26,347 bases of DNA from a virus (taxonomy: Duplodnaviria; Caudoviricetes). The notes below the pieces were generated by a model. That model had not been told where the DNA came from, searched no databases, and saw only the letters and a list, made by a program, of their open reading frames with translations. Made by a program: the position numbers and the translations under genes. Below are positions 1 to 8,896 of the stretch, piece by piece (position 1 is the stretch's first letter; each line of letters begins with the position of its first letter). The stretch lies in the IMG/VR virus record IMGVR_UViG_3300017705_000869, positions 1 through 26,347 of that record, one strand, 5' to 3'.

Positions 1-474
1 AGGCACGGCGAAATATTAAACAATGTCCTTGATCATACCCTCACGAGAGAAGAGATAAAACAAAAGATTTTTGGTTGGCTTTACGGCTCAGGTAATGCAT
101 CGCTAGGTTTTCCAAAGATTGAGAAATTTTATGATAAACAAAAAGCCTTAGATAAGTATTGGGACGGCGAAAAGATTAGTAATCCCTTCGACCGCAAGAT
201 CAAAGCGGACAAATTTCATGCCCTTAATGCTCTCATCCAAAGCACCACGTCCGATATATTTCTTAGGCGAGCCATCAAAGTAAATAATGCACTCAAGGCG
301 AAAAAAAGCTTTACAACTGCGCTCATCCATGATAGTATGGTGATTGACTTTTCAAAAGAAGACAAAGGATGTTTAGAACAAATTATCGAAGTATTTTCTG
401 ACACAACTCTCGGAAAGTTTAAAACTAACGTAAGTGTTGGAACAAACTTTGGTAATATGAAGAGATTCAAATGA
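1..474 (+). CDS. polA: DNA polymerase family A (PolA-like), C-terminal part, 5'-truncated by the window; absent from the ORF track
   Basis: Frame 1 is open from base 1 to TGA 472-474. Manual translation gives motif B REEIKQKIFGWLYG (cf. RxxAKxxNFGxxYG), ALNALIQSTTSD (cf. AxNxPIQGTAAD), motif C LIHDS (cf. VHDE) and terminal VGTNFG (cf. GxNWG). The stop overlaps the next ATG (ATGA 471-474). Confidence 0.88.
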   Translation, partial: RHGEILNNVLDHTLTREEIKQKIFGWLYGSGNASLGFPKIEKFYDKQKALDKYWDGEKISNPFDRKIKADKFHALNALIQSTTSDIFLRRAIKVNNALKAKKSFTTALIHDSMVIDFSKEDKGCLEQIIEVFSDTTLGKFKTNVSVGTNFGNMKRFK

Positions 475-1085
475 AAACTATTTTTACAAAAAATGATCTC
501 CTAAAAGAATCTGAATTGCGGAGTAATCCAATTACGATTCGTGTTGATGAGTTTACTCCAAAGGGAGCAAAAGAGTTTGCTGCAAAAATGGAAGCGGCAC
601 ATAACACAGGACAGCCAGTTATTCCTATTGTAATTGATTCCTATGGGGGTCAGGTTTACAGCTTGATGGCTATGATTGCTCAAATCAAAAGTGCTGAAAA
701 GCCCATTGCCACGATTATAGAAGGAAAAGCAATGTCCTGCGGTGCAGTATTATCAACTTTTGGTCAAAAGGGTTTGAGGTATATGGATCCAAACGCAACT
801 GTCATGATTCATGATGTCTCCTCTATGACGAGGGGCAAAGTTGAAGAAATCAAAACAAGTGCAGAAGAAACAAATCGCCTAAATCAGATGATTTACCAAA
901 TGATGGCTAAAAATTGTGGAAAGAAGAAAAATTACTTTCTCGACATTGTACATAAAAAAGGTCATGCAGATTGGTATCTTGATGCGGATGCTTGTCTAAA
1001 GCACGACCTTGTACAACACCTTAAACTTCCCAAATTTGAAGTTACAGTAGATGTCGTTTTTAAGTTTGGTCACAAGGAGATTTAG
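471..1085 (+). CDS. clpP: ClpP-family serine protease (paralogue 1)
   Basis: IDSYGG, GKAMSCG (catalytic Ser), MIHDVS (His) and DWYLDA (Asp region); 204 aa. Confidence 0.9.
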   Translation: MKTIFTKNDLLKESELRSNPITIRVDEFTPKGAKEFAAKMEAAHNTGQPVIPIVIDSYGGQVYSLMAMIAQIKSAEKPIATIIEGKAMSCGAVLSTFGQKGLRYMDPNATVMIHDVSSMTRGKVEEIKTSAEETNRLNQMIYQMMAKNCGKKKNYFLDIVHKKGHADWYLDADACLKHDLVQHLKLPKFEVTVDVVFKFGHKEI

Positions 1086-1091
1086 ACAATA

Positions 1092-1391
1092 ATGAAATAT
1101 AATAAACTAGTAAGAGATAACATTCCAGAAATAATACAACAAAATGGTAAGAAATGTAAATTCAGGATTGCAGATTATGAAGAGTATAGGCAAAGGCTCT
1201 TGGATAAACTAAATGAAGAAGTTCAAGAGTTTCTTGCAAATCCAACGGTTGAAGAACTTGCAGATGTGCAAGAAATCGTTGATGCAATTTCATCTTGTAA
1301 TGCTTGGGATCTTTATGGTGCCGGCCTAAAGAAATATCGGACGAATGGTAGCTTTTACAATCGCTATATTCTTGAAGAAGTTGAAGACTAA
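1092..1391 (+). CDS. MazG/HisE-superfamily all-alpha NTP pyrophosphohydrolase (phosphoribosyl-ATP pyrophosphohydrolase-like)
   Basis: N-terminal YNKLVRDNIP plus KLNEEVQE...EELADV, matching the EExxE...ExxD metal motif. Confidence 0.85.
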   Translation: MKYNKLVRDNIPEIIQQNGKKCKFRIADYEEYRQRLLDKLNEEVQEFLANPTVEELADVQEIVDAISSCNAWDLYGAGLKKYRTNGSFYNRYILEEVED

Positions 1392-2248
1392 TGGATAAGA
1401 TCATTGGTTTGGGGCGAGCAGGATGTGCAATCGCTGATAGGTTTGGTGAATTTTCGCAGTATTCTGTATATAAATTGGATGCTTCCCTTCCTGCGGACCC
1501 TAGATCATTTTCTCTCGGTAACCACGAAAAGATTGAAGATTATGAAGAAAAATGCCCTGATTTGACTGAATTTTTTGAAGGTCTGCAAGGCGATGTCTTA
1601 TTTGTGGTTGCAGGTGGCGGGAAAGTTTCAATTTCTTCTTTAAGAATTTTAGAACAGATCAAACATTGTAATATTTCAGTTTTGTATATTAAACCTGATT
1701 TATCTTTCGGCGGCGCTACTGGAACACATATCCATAATATATTATTTAATGCATTCCAAGAGTATGCACGATCTGGATTATTTGAAAGATTATATCTAGT
1801 GGGAAATCCAGAATTGGAAAAGGCAATTCCCCCAACATCAATTAAGAATTATTTTTATAATCTAAACGAAGCAGTGGTCTCTACATTACATATGATCAAT
1901 GTATTTAATCATATTGAATCAGTAACAGACACATTTTCAGATCCACCTGTTGCAGCGCGCATCTCAACCATTGGTTTTGTTAATCCAGAAAAAAATGTAG
2001 ATAGGATGTTTTTTTCGCTTGACAATGTGACGGATATAGTGTATTATTACGGGTACAATAAAGTGAAGTTGAATGAAGGGAATAATTTGCTATCGCAAAT
2101 AAAATCTTCGATGAAGAAGAAAACAGAGGAAGGGGTGAGAGTATCATTCGGGATCTTTGAAACGAACTATGAACAAGATTATGTATACGCAGTGAATCAC
2201 ACGAGCGTGATTCAAGGACAAGAAAAGTCCTTCGAAAATAACATTTAA
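1391..2248 (+). CDS. Divergent tubulin/FtsZ-like (PhuZ/TubZ-like) protein
   Basis: N-terminal IIGLGRAGCAIAD (FtsZ/TubZ GxGxAGxxI), VVAGGGKVS at the position of the GGGTG signature, and LYLVGN...YNLNEAVV resembling the IDN...N segment; 285 aa. Confidence 0.7.
   Translation: MDKIIGLGRAGCAIADRFGEFSQYSVYKLDASLPADPRSFSLGNHEKIEDYEEKCPDLTEFFEGLQGDVLFVVAGGGKVSISSLRILEQIKHCNISVLYIKPDLSFGGATGTHIHNILFNAFQEYARSGLFERLYLVGNPELEKAIPPTSIKNYFYNLNEAVVSTLHMINVFNHIESVTDTFSDPPVAARISTIGFVNPEKNVDRMFFSLDNVTDIVYYYGYNKVKLNEGNNLLSQIKSSMKKKTEEGVRVSFGIFETNYEQDYVYAVNHTSVIQGQEKSFENNI
2019..2047 (+). promoter_or_regulatory. Sigma70-type promoter inside the tubulin-like gene, probably driving ssb
   Basis: TTGACA (2019-2024), 17 bp spacer, TATTAT (2042-2047). 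Confidence 0.6.
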
Positions 2249-2294
2249 CGGGAACCTTGGATATTTGCTCGGTTTACCAAAAGGAGAAATAAAA

Positions 2295-3035
2295 ATGGTA
2301 TTAGACTTAAACAAGATGAAGCAAAAATTGCAGATCAGCGAAAATGGTGGTCGTCAAAAGGAGGAGTCAATTTTTTGGCGTCCTCAAGAAGGCGACCAAG
2401 ATATTCGGCTTCTGCCAACAGAAGATGGAGATCCATTCAAGGTTTTTCATTTTCATTACAATCTAGGAGAGGCTAGCCGTGGTGGTGTGCTTTGTCCTAA
2501 GAGACAGTTTGGAGATAATTGTCCAATCTGTGATTTTGCAAGCAAGCTTTGGCAGGAAGGAACTGATGAAAGTAAGAAGATGGCTAAGTCCCTCTTCGTT
2601 CGTCAGCGGTTTTTCTCGCCAGTAGTTGTGCGTGACAATAACGATGCGTCCGTCAAGTTGTGGGGTTATAGTAAAACTATCTATGAAACCCTGCTTGGCT
2701 TAGTCCTTAACCCTGATTATGGAGATATTACCGATGTTGATACAGGAGTTGACCTAACTCTAGGATATACACTCCCAAAGACAAAGGGCGCTTTTCCGCA
2801 GACCAGTCTAGTGCCAAAGCGTAATTCTAGCCCCCTATCAGAGGATAAGAAGACTGTGAAGGATATATTGGATCATGTCCCCGATATTAGTTCGCAATTT
2901 CAGCGTAAGTCCGCGTCGGATGTTCAAGCGATTTTGGAATCATTCCTTAATCCAACGACTGGTCCGATGGACTTCGGCGGATCTGCAACAGCACCGTCGG
3001 GCGTTGATGACGCAATCAGAGAATTGTCCGCATAA
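2295..3035 (+). CDS. Single-stranded DNA-binding protein, T4 gp32-like
   Basis: FWRP...IRLLP, a zinc site HY...CP...CPIC, DITDVDTGVD and an acidic tail. Start placed at ATG 2295 after AAGGAG (2281-2286) rather than TTG 2265. Confidence 0.85.
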   Translation: MVLDLNKMKQKLQISENGGRQKEESIFWRPQEGDQDIRLLPTEDGDPFKVFHFHYNLGEASRGGVLCPKRQFGDNCPICDFASKLWQEGTDESKKMAKSLFVRQRFFSPVVVRDNNDASVKLWGYSKTIYETLLGLVLNPDYGDITDVDTGVDLTLGYTLPKTKGAFPQTSLVPKRNSSPLSEDKKTVKDILDHVPDISSQFQRKSASDVQAILESFLNPTTGPMDFGGSATAPSGVDDAIRELSA

Positions 3036-3061
3036 CTAACAAAAAACGTAAAGTTTTTTGG

Positions 3062-3108
3062 AGCCCTGCGACGTGGTGATGGTACACTCGTCGCGGGGCT
3101 TTTTTTTT
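3062..3108 (+). terminator. Intrinsic (rho-independent) terminator after ssb
   Basis: 12-bp stem AGCCCTGCGACG (3062-3073) / CGTCGCGGGGCT (3089-3100) with one G-U pair, followed by T8 (3101-3108). Confidence 0.85.
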
Positions 3109-3120
3109 GGAGGAAATTAT

Positions 3121-4236
3121 ATGACAAATGGTAAATTATCATCAAAAGATATTCTGAAAATGATCAATAAAAAGGCTGGAAGAAATATTGCTTTTACTGG
3201 TGATCAAGAAAATCCGGCAGATATTAAAGAATGGATCCCAACTGGTTCAAGGTGGTTAGATTCTATTATCTGTAGGGGACAATTGGCAGGTATTCCTGTT
3301 GGGCGCGTAACAGAAATTGCGGGTCTTGAAAGTTCTGGTAAATCTTATATGGCTGGGCAAATTGCAAGAGAAGCTCAGAAAAAGGATATAAAGGTTCTTT
3401 ATTTTGATTCAGAACAAACAATGACAACAGAGTTTTTAATCAAGCTGGGATGTGAGATGGAAGGAGATGGGCAAGTTATTATTGTCCAGCCTGATGATGT
3501 TGAAATGGTCCTTGAAACAATGGAAACCTGTATGTCGAACGATCCAGATAATCGTTATCTTTTTATCCTTGATTCACTTGCTATGACACCTTGTCGAGCA
3601 GATCTAGAAAAAGATTTTAATCCTCAATCTTCGATGGCCCAAAAGCCTCGGGTATTATCATTAGGAATGCAAAAGTTGGTTACTCCTTTATCACAAACTC
3701 AATCAACTCTTCTAGTCCTAAATCAACTGAAAACTAATATTAACGTAAGCAACCCGATGATGATGTTATCGCAACCTTGGTTCACCCCAGGCGGAAAAGC
3801 AATTATCTATGCTTATTCATTACGGATCTGGTTGACCGGGCTGAAGGGAAAGAAAACATTTATTCAAGACGACTCTGGTTATAGAATCGGCAGCGAAGTA
3901 AAAGCAAAACTTGAAAAATCAAAGTTTGGTACTCAAGGTCGTATTTGTAATTTTAAGATTTTATGGGCTGGTGATCGCGTCGGCATTATGAATGATGAAT
4001 CATTGCTAGAAGCAATTAAATCATCTGATCGCTTGACAAATAGCGGCGCATGGTTTAAACTAAAGGGGTATGATACAAAGTTCCAAACAGCAACATTTCC
4101 AAAGTTAATGAAAACTAACGAAAAGTTTGCTAAACTTGTTTATGATATAATCGATGAAGAAGTGATCCAAAAGTTTGAGAACAAATCTGGTAAAGCGACC
4201 GACTTTTACGATGAAGAAGAAATGAAAGAAGAATGA
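3121..4236 (+). CDS. recA: RecA/UvsX-like recombinase
   Basis: IPTGS..LD, GRVTEIAGLESSGKS (Walker A), YFDSE, FILDSLA (Walker B), LNQLK and TPGGKA. Start at ATG 3121 after GGAGG (3109-3113). Confidence 0.93.
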   Translation: MTNGKLSSKDILKMINKKAGRNIAFTGDQENPADIKEWIPTGSRWLDSIICRGQLAGIPVGRVTEIAGLESSGKSYMAGQIAREAQKKDIKVLYFDSEQTMTTEFLIKLGCEMEGDGQVIIVQPDDVEMVLETMETCMSNDPDNRYLFILDSLAMTPCRADLEKDFNPQSSMAQKPRVLSLGMQKLVTPLSQTQSTLLVLNQLKTNINVSNPMMMLSQPWFTPGGKAIIYAYSLRIWLTGLKGKKTFIQDDSGYRIGSEVKAKLEKSKFGTQGRICNFKILWAGDRVGIMNDESLLEAIKSSDRLTNSGAWFKLKGYDTKFQTATFPKLMKTNEKFAKLVYDIIDEEVIQKFENKSGKATDFYDEEEMKEE

Positions 4237-4607
4237 GACATATAAAGCTTGCACAAAAAATTGCTAAAAACTCTAGACATAAAAAAAGCCGCCACGGTGC
4301 GGTGTTAGTTAGAGGTGGAGCGGTAATAAGTGTATCTACAAATAACAATAAATATGCAAGCTTTGGACAGCGTTTTATTTCAAGGGAGAAGAACTGGAAC
4401 GCTACTCATCACGCGGAATTGGGTTGCATCCTGGGCTTAGATAAAAGTATAACCCAGGGTGCAACCATTTACGTCGCTCGCGTTTCTAAAAATGGTGAAA
4501 TAAAAAATTCAAAGCCTTGTCAATTGTGTCAAGCTGTGTTGAAACACGTCGGTGTCAAAAAGGTTATTTATACAACAGAAGATGGTCACGGGAGAATGAA
4601 ACTATGA
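4233..4607 (+). CDS. Zn-dependent cytidine/dCMP deaminase-family protein
   Basis: HGAVLV, HAE and SKPCQLC (HxE...PCxxC), ending GVKKVIY. Confidence 0.85.
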   Translation: MRHIKLAQKIAKNSRHKKSRHGAVLVRGGAVISVSTNNNKYASFGQRFISREKNWNATHHAELGCILGLDKSITQGATIYVARVSKNGEIKNSKPCQLCQAVLKHVGVKKVIYTTEDGHGRMKL

Positions 4608-5560
4608 GTAAGAAAATTCTAATCATTGATGCAATGAATACGTTCATTAGAAACTATGTAATCAATCCAAGCTTAGACGCCCACGGTGCGCCCATCGGTG
4701 GTTGTAAAGGTTTTCTAATGACCTTACAAAAACTAACAAGGCAAATTGAACCTGATAAAATTGTTGTGGTTTGGGACGGTGGAGGTGGATCTGCCAAACG
4801 AAGAGCAATTGCAAAAGAATATAAAGAAGGACGGGCTCCCCTAAAGCTCAACCGAGCTTATTCTGGTATGTCGGCTTTGGAGGAATCACAAAACCGATAC
4901 GATCAAATGGCAAAGACAATTGATTACCTAAATAATATGCCAGTAATTCAATTGATGATTGAAAATATTGAAGCAGATGACGTGATTGGGTATATCACTT
5001 CCCAAATGCAATCAATAAAAGACGATATTAAAATTATTGTTTCTATGGACAAAGATTTTTATCAACTTTGCGACGATAAAACAATTGTATACCGACCAAT
5101 TAAAAATGAGTTTTTGAATAAAAAGCGAATCTTGGAAGAATATAATATTCATCCGAATAACTTTGCACTGGCCCGTGCAATTGATGGTGATAAATCAGAT
5201 AACCTTGAGGGTGTTAAAGGGGTTGGGATGAAATCAATTGCAAAAAAAATGCCCTTCTTTGCAGAAGAAAAAGCGGTTACATTTGATGATTTACGCAAGT
5301 TTCTTGTATCTGCGGGTGTCACAAAGATGAATAAAAGTATTCTTCGTGAACAAAAACTGGTGGAACGAAATTATAAGCTAATGCAATTATATACACCCAG
5401 CATTTCTGTGAAAAATACACAGCATATAAGAAATACAGTCGAAGGTTTTAAGCCCTCGTTCAATAGAACTGAAGTTGTAAAGAAAATGTTGCTTGATGGA
5501 ATAAACGAATATAATTGGGACGCCCTTTTTCAAAAATTTAGAGCGTTGGTTACAACGTGA
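4604..5560 (+). CDS. 5'-3' exonuclease / flap endonuclease (T4 RNase H- or PolI N-terminal-like)
   Basis: ILIIDAMN, VVWDG, EYKEGR, IEADDVI, SMDKDFYQL and GDKSDNLEGVKGVG. Start at ATG 4604 (ATGA overlap) rather than 4517. Confidence 0.93.
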   Translation: MSKKILIIDAMNTFIRNYVINPSLDAHGAPIGGCKGFLMTLQKLTRQIEPDKIVVVWDGGGGSAKRRAIAKEYKEGRAPLKLNRAYSGMSALEESQNRYDQMAKTIDYLNNMPVIQLMIENIEADDVIGYITSQMQSIKDDIKIIVSMDKDFYQLCDDKTIVYRPIKNEFLNKKRILEEYNIHPNNFALARAIDGDKSDNLEGVKGVGMKSIAKKMPFFAEEKAVTFDDLRKFLVSAGVTKMNKSILREQKLVERNYKLMQLYTPSISVKNTQHIRNTVEGFKPSFNRTEVVKKMLLDGINEYNWDALFQKFRALVTT

Positions 5561-5592
5561 AAAACTATTTATATGGTCAGTCAAGAATGATG

Positions 5593-5621
5593 TTGACAAC
5601 CCGTGCTCGGGATGCTATTAT
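5593..5621 (+). promoter_or_regulatory. Sigma70-type promoter with extended -10 upstream of the helicase
   Basis: TTGACA (5593-5598), 17 bp spacer, TGc-TATTAT (5613-5621); intergenic. Confidence 0.8.
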
Positions 5622-5653
5622 AGTGGACATCGTGAAAAAATATGAGGTCATAA

Positions 5654-7030
5654 ATGTCTACTAGTGAGAAAGTATCGTTTTCAAAATTTGGTAAAACTTT
5701 TCAAGAACAACTGGCGTTTCTTATTTTAGATGATCGTGTATTTTCTGATCGAATGATGGAAGTTCTAAGTGTAGAATTTTTTGAACTAAAACATCTACAA
5801 ATCTTTGTAGAAAAGGTTTTTCAATATAAGCGTAAGTATGCAAACCATCCCTCCATTTCTATGATGGAGACAATTCTGAAATCCGATCTTGAAAATCACA
5901 ATGAAGTATCTCAAAAACTGGTGAGAGATTATTTTGCCCGCATTCGAGCAAACTTTACTTTAGATAATTCCGCAGGTTTTGTAAAAGATAAAGCTATTGA
6001 TTTTTGTCGAAAGCAAAAAATGAGAGAAGCGATGTTAAAAGCTACCGGCTTACTTCAAAGATGCTCGTTTGACGAAATCAGTGTTGTACTTAATGATGCT
6101 TTAAAAGCTGGTGCAGATGCAGATTTTGGATATGATTATATCAAAGATTTTGAAAAACGATTCGAAGTTTCGGGTCGAGAAACGATCACAACTGGTTGGG
6201 CAAAGGTTGATCAGCTCACCGGCGGCGGGGGCGGTCGAGGCGAACTAGGTGTTGTTATAGCACCGACCGGATGTGGCAAGAGTATGGTGCTTGTCCACCT
6301 TGGAGCAGCCGCATTAAAATTAGGAATGACTGTTCTTCATTACACTTTGGAACTAAAAGATACAGTTATTGCGTCACGTTATGATTCTTGCATAACAGGA
6401 GTTCCACTGAACGATTTGATGGATCGTAAAGCTGAAATCAAAAAGGCGATGAATGATATTGATGGAACTCTTATCATAAAAGAATATCCTACCAAAACAG
6501 CAACAACAAATACTATTCGAGCCCATCTTGAAAAGTTAAGACAACAAGATGTTATCCCAGATTTGATAATCGTGGATTACGCAGATCTATTAAGAACTTT
6601 ATCGGCTCGTAAGGAAAAGCGAGAAGAATTAGAGTCAATCTATGAAGAACTACGCGCTATTATGATGGAGTATAAATGTGTGGGATGGACAGCATCACAA
6701 ACAAATCGTACAGGATTGAACCAGGAGATTATTACTATGCAAGCAATCTCCGAAGCATTCAATAAGTGTTTTATCGCAGATTTTATTTTTTCTGTTTCTA
6801 GAACAACCGAAGATAAACAAACAAACGGCGGACGCATTTATGTCGCCAAAAACCGTAATGGTCCTGATGGAGTTGTTCACTCCATTTTTATGGACACCGC
6901 TAATGTAGACATCAAAGTATTAGATAGATACGAACCAGGTGATAAGAATTCTCAACCTGCAATGTCTAACCAAGAACAACAAAAATTCTTACTTGATAAA
7001 TATATGAAATTAGTTAAAGGAGCACAATAA
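5654..7030 (+). CDS. dnaB: Replicative SF4 DNA helicase (DnaB / T4 gp41-like)
   Basis: APTGCGKS (Walker A), YTLEL, IKEYPT, IIVDYADLL, TASQTNR and KNRNG. Confidence 0.92.
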   Translation: MSTSEKVSFSKFGKTFQEQLAFLILDDRVFSDRMMEVLSVEFFELKHLQIFVEKVFQYKRKYANHPSISMMETILKSDLENHNEVSQKLVRDYFARIRANFTLDNSAGFVKDKAIDFCRKQKMREAMLKATGLLQRCSFDEISVVLNDALKAGADADFGYDYIKDFEKRFEVSGRETITTGWAKVDQLTGGGGGRGELGVVIAPTGCGKSMVLVHLGAAALKLGMTVLHYTLELKDTVIASRYDSCITGVPLNDLMDRKAEIKKAMNDIDGTLIIKEYPTKTATTNTIRAHLEKLRQQDVIPDLIIVDYADLLRTLSARKEKREELESIYEELRAIMMEYKCVGWTASQTNRTGLNQEIITMQAISEAFNKCFIADFIFSVSRTTEDKQTNGGRIYVAKNRNGPDGVVHSIFMDTANVDIKVLDRYEPGDKNSQPAMSNQEQQKFLLDKYMKLVKGAQ

Positions 7031-7033
7031 TAT

Positions 7034-8896
7034 ATGGATATCTCAAACAAGATTCTCTCTGATATTGCAGTTTATATGAAGTATGCAAAACACAAATCTG
7101 ATGAAGAAAGGAGGGAGACTTGGAATGAGTTGGTAGCCCGCAACAAAGAGATGCATCGCAAGAAATATCCTATGCTAAATGGTGAAATTGACGAGGCTTA
7201 TGAATTAGTTGAGAGTCGTAGAGTATTGCCTTCTATGCGTTCAATGCAGTTCGCAGGTAAACCGATTGAGATCTCTCCAAATCGTATCTATAACTGTGGA
7301 TATCTTCCAGTCGATAATTATCAGGCATTTAGTGAAATTCTTTTTTTGCTTTTAGGTGGAACTGGCATTGGTTTTAGTGTTCAAAAACATCATGTTGAAC
7401 AATTACCAGAGATCCGTCATCCAAGGGCAACCCGTAAGCGGAGATATCTTGTTGGTGATTCAATTGAGGGATGGGCAGATGCCGTTAAGGTTTTGGTGCG
7501 CTCTTATTTTGAGGGGACATCAACTATTAATTTTGACTTTTCAGACATTCGCCCAAAGGGCGCTCGCCTGATCACTTCTGGCGGAAAAGCGCCGGGACCA
7601 GAGCCTCTTAAGACTTGTATTCGTCAAATTAAGTCTATTCTGAATAATAAGCAAGAGGGAGAACAACTAGAACCAATTGAAGTCCACGACATTGTTTGCC
7701 ATATCGCTGATGCTGTTTTAGCAGGCGGAATCCGTAGAGCAGCACTTATTTCACTATTTTCCGCTGACGATAAAGATATGATTGCTTGTAAGAGTGGATC
7801 TTGGTGGGAAGAGAACCCACAACGTGCTCGTGCAAATAACAGCGCAGTTGTAGTTCGACATCGTGTAAAGAAGTCTTTCTTTAAGGAACTTTGGGAACGA
7901 ATTAAATTTTCTGGTTCAGGAGAACCTGGCATATATTTCACCAATGATAAAGATTGGGGCACAAATCCCTGTTGTGAGATCGCCTTACGACCTTTTCAAT
8001 TTTGTAACTTGTGTGAAGTGAATGTTTCGGATGTAAAATCTCAAGAAGACTTAAATCAGCGCGTGAAAACAGCCGCATTCCTGGGCACACTCCAGGCTGG
8101 ATATACTGATTTTCACTATCTTCGTTCTATTTGGCAACGAACAACCGAAAAGGAAGCTCTTCTTGGTGTGAGTTTAACAGGAATTGCAAGTGGGTGTCTT
8201 GAGGGTCTTGATTTACAACAAGCGGCAGACATCGCGGTTGAAGAAAATAAAAAAGTTTCCACCCTGATCGGTATTAAGCCCGCCGCCCGCGTTACAACGA
8301 TTAAGCCAGCAGGAACTTCATCTATTGTGCTCGGATGTTCATCTGGTATTCACGCTTGGCATAATGATTATTACATCCGTCGATTGCGCGTTGGTAAAAA
8401 TGAGGATATCTATCATTATCTCTCAATTAATCACCCTGAATTGGTTGAGGATGAATACTTTAGACCACACGATACTGCCATTATCTCTGTTCCTCAAAAG
8501 GCACCTGACAACGCTATTTTGCGCCATGAGTCAGCGGGCGATCTGCTTGAGAGGGTAAAATGGTTTTCAGATAATTGGATTAACCCTGGTCACGGTTCGG
8601 GGAATAACACTCACAATATCAGCGCGACCATTTCAATCAAGGACGACGAATGGGACGACGTTGGGGAGTGGATGTGGAAGAATAGAGACGCTTATAACGG
8701 ATTATCTGTTTTGCCTTATGATGGTGGAACATACATACAACCTCCGTTTGAAGATTGCGATAAAGAAACTTATGATAAACTTATGAAAGACTTGAAGGAG
8801 GTCGACTTGTCTAAAATTATTGAAATAGCCGACAACACTGATCTCGCGGGTGAAATTGCTTGCGGTGGTGGACTTTGTGAGGTGACGAATGTGTAA
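7034..8896 (+). CDS. nrdJ: Class II adenosylcobalamin-dependent ribonucleotide reductase (monomeric RTPR type)
   Basis: PSMRS, YNC, GTGIGFS, GGIRRAA, TNPCCEI (radical Cys), FCNL, TTIKPAGT and C-terminal CGGGLC; no nrdB partner in the window. Confidence 0.9.
   Translation: MDISNKILSDIAVYMKYAKHKSDEERRETWNELVARNKEMHRKKYPMLNGEIDEAYELVESRRVLPSMRSMQFAGKPIEISPNRIYNCGYLPVDNYQAFSEILFLLLGGTGIGFSVQKHHVEQLPEIRHPRATRKRRYLVGDSIEGWADAVKVLVRSYFEGTSTINFDFSDIRPKGARLITSGGKAPGPEPLKTCIRQIKSILNNKQEGEQLEPIEVHDIVCHIADAVLAGGIRRAALISLFSADDKDMIACKSGSWWEENPQRARANNSAVVVRHRVKKSFFKELWERIKFSGSGEPGIYFTNDKDWGTNPCCEIALRPFQFCNLCEVNVSDVKSQEDLNQRVKTAAFLGTLQAGYTDFHYLRSIWQRTTEKEALLGVSLTGIASGCLEGLDLQQAADIAVEENKKVSTLIGIKPAARVTTIKPAGTSSIVLGCSSGIHAWHNDYYIRRLRVGKNEDIYHYLSINHPELVEDEYFRPHDTAIISVPQKAPDNAILRHESAGDLLERVKWFSDNWINPGHGSGNNTHNISATISIKDDEWDDVGEWMWKNRDAYNGLSVLPYDGGTYIQPPFEDCDKETYDKLMKDLKEVDLSKIIEIADNTDLAGEIACGGGLCEVTNV

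Noticed and set aside
2249-2294. T4 gene 32-like autoregulatory pseudoknot upstream of ssb
   Set aside because: Only weak AACC/GGTT pairing is visible, which is not enough to support a structure.
3040-3108. tRNA or known riboswitch in the GC-rich ssb-recA gap
   Set aside because: No cloverleaf, T-loop or recognisable aptamer; a hairpin plus U-tract explains it.
3058-3120. N-terminal extensions called by the ORF track (recA 3058, ssb 2265, exonuclease 4517, Dam 18606, 19100)
   Set aside because: They run through a terminator or the upstream gene; downstream ATGs have an SD or short stop-start overlap.
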